Of a DNA stretch of 56,855 nt, positions 52,696 through 56,855 are shown piece after piece (position 1 is the first letter of the stretch; every line of letters starts with the position of its first letter). Both the position numbers and the translations under genes were made by a program. This DNA is from Octopus bimaculoides (lineage: Eukaryota), in contig NC_069005.1 of NCBI RefSeq assembly GCF_001194135.2, positions 11,939,505 to 11,996,359 on the forward strand. Direction: 5' to 3'. Under the pieces are notes generated by a model. The model did not search any database. It saw only the letters and a program-made list of their open reading frames with translations, and was not told the DNA's origin.

Positions 52696-52719
52696 AAAAA
52701 TAATAATGATAGTAATAAT
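52463..52719. repeat. compound (TAA)n/(TGA)n microsatellite with higher-order duplication
   Basis: Two blocks of (TAA)-(TGA)~20-ataataatgatagtaataat. Confidence 0.9.
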
Positions 52720-53239
52720 CAGGTATATCATGCTCATCATTAATTTGCCCTGGTTTCGAGTATATAATAGTTATCTGTTTCTATATGTTAAACTTTTATC
52801 TGTAAATGCGCACCAGCACACATAGTTGTTTCTCGTTTAAAGTTATAGAGAAGAGACATAAGCGAAAATCAAGTGGAATGTCTCCACAGTGAGGATAACT
52901 CCATCACCTTCGACTGATGAAAATTAATTTTGGAAAGTATGTACGAAGAAAGTGTGAAATAACTGAGCATAACATAATGATTTACGCTTCTGTTCTACTC
53001 TGTGTTTGTAATATATGAACTAGAATGTCCAAAGTGAATTTTAAATAACTGTAAATAAGAGGAGATACAAATATGTATGTGCCTGAATAGCACATACATG
53101 TATTAGTCGATTTTTGTGTGTCTATATGGTGTACATAGATGTATACCTACGTTCACAAACGCATGCGCTTGACCATATCAATAAATATATATATATATAA
53201 TATATATAGCATACCTAATTATATATCCATAAATGCACT

Positions 53240-53276
<37 letters not shown>

Positions 53277-53292
53277 GCAAACCAATATACAG

Positions 53293-53331
<39 letters not shown>

Positions 53332-53979
53332 AGTTGCCGTTAAGTTATTTAGCCTCATTATACAAGGAGACATCATGCTTTAAAACTTTCGTTAATTAAT
53401 AAGAACCTGCAAGGAATCTAGTTATAGGCAAATGAACAGAAGCATTGCATATTCATAAGTAATTCTATCTTCTATATCCCTACTTGGTGTTCTGCAGAGA
53501 GCGGACTTAGTAAACACTTCATGGGACGAAACTAATTGAATTATCCTGCAAACCATCCAGCTGAGAGAAGCCAATGCCAGTGGATTAAATACAGGGATAT
53601 TCGCAACTTGTGACTGAACTAATAATGCGCATGTATATGCATCCCAGCATATTTATACATACTATAATAGAAAACCACGCACGTGCACACGAGCACGCAC
53701 GGGTGCGCACACATTTTTCTTTCATTCTTTCTTCACATTTCACAAACTGGAAAGTACTAATATTCTCGAAAAGAGATATTTCTTCAGTTTTATATTTTCC
53801 TAACTGCTCCCTCTCCGATGTCGGTATACTTAGCTTATGAAATCCTCATTGAATATCAAGATCCACATGCTCGGCTATTCAAGAAACAGCTGTAAGAAAC
53901 TGTTTATATTCCCTATTTAAATTAAATGCTTTTTGAGTGATGCCGAGTATTTTGCTTTTTCATATTCAAAAAAAATTTA

Positions 53980-54030
<51 letters not shown>
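53980..54030. repeat. (TATC)n tetranucleotide microsatellite
   Basis: About 12 perfect units. Confidence 0.95.
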
Positions 54031-54033
<3 letters not shown>

Positions 54034-54126
54034 GTATAAATACATATATACATACACACACACATACACAAACACACACACACATAATATATATATATAT
54101 ATATATATATATGTAATAATGATATG

Positions 54127-54192
<66 letters not shown>

Positions 54193-54285
54193 CATATATA
54201 TAAATATATATACATATATACATATATATGTATATTATATATTATACATATATTATATATTTGTATATGTATATATATGCATATG

Positions 54286-54318
<33 letters not shown>

Positions 54319-54621
54319 CTGTATATATAATTTCTCTCTCTCTCTCTATCTCTCTGTATATATANNNNNNNNNNNNNNNNNNNNNNNNNNNNNNNNNNNN
54401 NNNNNNNNNNNNNNNNNNNNNNNNNNNNNNNNNNNNNNNNNNNNNNNNNNNNNNNNNNNNNNNNNNNNNNNNNNNNNNNNNNNNNNNNNNNNNNNNNNNN
54501 NNNNNNNNNNNNNNNNNNNNNNNNNNNNNNNNNNNNNNNNNNNNNNNNNNNNNNNNNNNNNNNNNNNNTATATATATATATATATATATATATACATAAT
54601 GTGTGGGCGTGTATGCACGTT

Positions 54622-54657
<36 letters not shown>

Positions 54658-54981
54658 AGCGTATGTGTGTGTCTGAATTTGTCTCAATATTTGTTGCGTT
54701 TGTGTTAATGCATGCGTTTAATGTGAAACGTGGAGTAAGAATGACATTTATGCCATAAAAATCAAAAGGTTAACTAGCTGGGATATCGAACACAGTGAAA
54801 GTACAGCAACTGAGTGTCTTGAAAATTCGATTTAAGTATTAAACGTGCAGGTGATTGCGAATGCAGTTTGATCAATACTTTAATATCAATATTGCACCAT
54901 ACACTGTCTCGACTCTGTCTCCATTTCTATTCATCTAGCTGTCTCCTTCATATGCACATGCAATACACGCACATATTTATG

Positions 54982-55048
<67 letters not shown>

Positions 55049-56209
55049 GCATGTAAATGTATATGTATATACATGTATTTATATGTGTGTATTTGTGTTA
55101 TGACAACGGTAGATTTTAATTAAGTCGCAATTAATTAGATAATCAATATCATCGCTAACAATAGTAACAACGGTGAGCAGAATACATTTCTTTTTTTCAT
55201 TAGTGTCAAGGTTACATAAGGAGTTTTCTGATGAGGCGTCTGTAGTTACCTAGATTGTTATCTCTCCAGTGTATGACTGGTATTATATTTTCTCGAACTC
55301 CTACCATCTCCGGAAGGATAAAAAAAAAATTCAGTCTCAAAGAGGCTGCAAACGAAGAGACACAAGTGAACGAAATATGACATTTTGTTGCACGCTCTAC
55401 CAGTTCCCGTAAGGAAAATAGGGATTTCTACAGTATATATAAGCCCCATAAATTTACTAGTACCGAATTTTTTCGACTGCTGAAGCATGAGAAAACTTCA
55501 ACATCTTATTGGCCGCATAGAGGAATTCATTCAGAACGTAAATACTTGAATCGGAATCCTGGTCTAAAGATGTTATCATCGACCTCACTCACTCCTTACA
55601 ATTACAACACAATAGAATATCAGAATATATTGTGTCTGGTACAGACACAATACATTAATTATGACGACGAGGTAGTTTAGTCGATATGATTGAACTTAAA
55701 ACGTGACATAAACTTATTTTAACCATCGCTAAATTCCTAGGTGCAAACATGTTTGGCTTGGAAACCAATGTCAAGATAAGGAGGGTTATATCCGGTTGAC
55801 GTAATAGAGCTGGTTAGAAATGAGCAAATTGTTCAGTAAACACTTTAGTAAAAAACAATGACACCGCATATAAAACTTCAGAGTAGGTTTGGAGAGTATC
55901 CTCCAACAAAATGGCTGGAGCATCAATATAAAAAGTATAAAGCTTTTAAGCTTAAAGGAAGAAGAATTTTATCTTGGCAGCAGATGAATTAGATAACCTA
56001 TGAAGTGGTCATTATATGTATATTACACACACACACACACACANNNNNNNNNNNNNNNNNNNNNNNNNNNNNNNNNNNNNNNNNNNNNNNNNNNNNNNNN
56101 NNNNNNNNNNNNNNNNNNNNNNNNNNNNNNNNNNNNNNNNNNNNNNNNNNNNNNNNNNNNNNNNNNNNNNNNNNNNNNNNNNNNNNNNNNNNNNNNNNNN
56201 NNNNNNNNN

Positions 56210-56242
<33 letters not shown>

Positions 56243-56247
<5 letters not shown>

Positions 56248-56417
56248 TTATCAATGAAGACGTACCATGATGCTGTCATTATGCGGACCAATATTAGCTG
56301 CGGTGAACAGGTCATTCGGTCAACTACTACCCAGATAAAATATTTTCCGTGGCGCTTAAAAGCGTCACATGATCTAGAAACCATACTGGAACAATACAGA
56401 GATATGGACTCATTCAA
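56243..56417 (-). pseudogene. possible Ty3/gypsy integrase core relic
   Basis: ESISLY...HGKYFIWVVVDRMTCSPQLILVR resembles the integrase motif WESISMDF..IWVVVDRLTKSAHFIPV. Spacing is about 5 aa longer and the catalytic D is missing. Confidence 0.4.
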
Positions 56418-56669
56418 ATCTAATCTCCTAAATGATGGGTGTTTTGCCTATATGTACACAAACACGCACATAGACACACCCACGCAGGCACACACACGCA
56501 GATACGTATGTATGTATATATATATATATAGACATAAATACACAAACACACACACATATAGACACACCTATATATAATACGTGATAGAAAAATACCATAG
56601 ATGAAAGCCCTAAAGAAAGAACAAATGTTTGGGATAGAAGGAGATGAAGAGAGAAAGAGAGAGAGAGAG

Positions 56670-56720
<51 letters not shown>

Positions 56721-56855
56721 AGATAGGAAGAGAGATTATTGATTGTTATTGCATGTTTTATTTCCTATTTCAGACTTGAACCAGTCTCATTTACTTCAGC
56801 TTTATTTTCAAGTCTAGGATTACAATACAGAACAGAGTTATTGTAGCGTTTGCTG

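Noticed and set aside
52905-52945. CTGATGA..GGAAA hammerhead-like core
   Set aside because: Stem II closure is wrong, and no stem I/III or NUH cleavage site can be formed.
55381-55680. 99-codon stop-free plus frame
   Set aside because: No initiator or splice signals at its start and no recognisable motif; within chance for this window size.
2186-56257. Long ORFs of 200-420 aa in the ORF track
   Set aside because: They consist of X from N-gaps and of YI/HT/CV/I/N runs from microsatellites; not genes.

Overview
AT-rich eukaryotic genomic DNA from a gapped draft assembly: 17 N-runs totalling about 7.4 kb, most of them abutting microsatellites. Composition, microsatellite density and the recurrent SINE families resemble Octopus as I remember it (inference, no search run). 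I find no recognisable host protein-coding gene, tRNA, rRNA or CRISPR array. Most long ORFs in the track are artefacts of N-runs or simple repeats. The window reads as intergenic or large-intron DNA filled with mobile-element relics. These include dozens of tRNA-derived SINE copies from about four families, two decayed R4/Dong-type (restriction-like endonuclease) LINEs stacked in trinucleotide microsatellites with a Helitron-like element between them, and a probable third LINE 3' end. There are also two decayed maT/Tc1 (DD37D-like) transposons, a mariner transposase fragment, a mariner MITE with a TA duplication, and a possible Ty3/gypsy integrase relic. The best leads are the microsatellite-targeted LINE stack (31.1-34.4 kb) with a palindromic deletion scar, a near-perfect 127-bp inverted SINE pair (5274-5555), and a 115-nt hairpin (8051-8165). 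I cannot support a claim of a new biological system; these are hypotheses to test.
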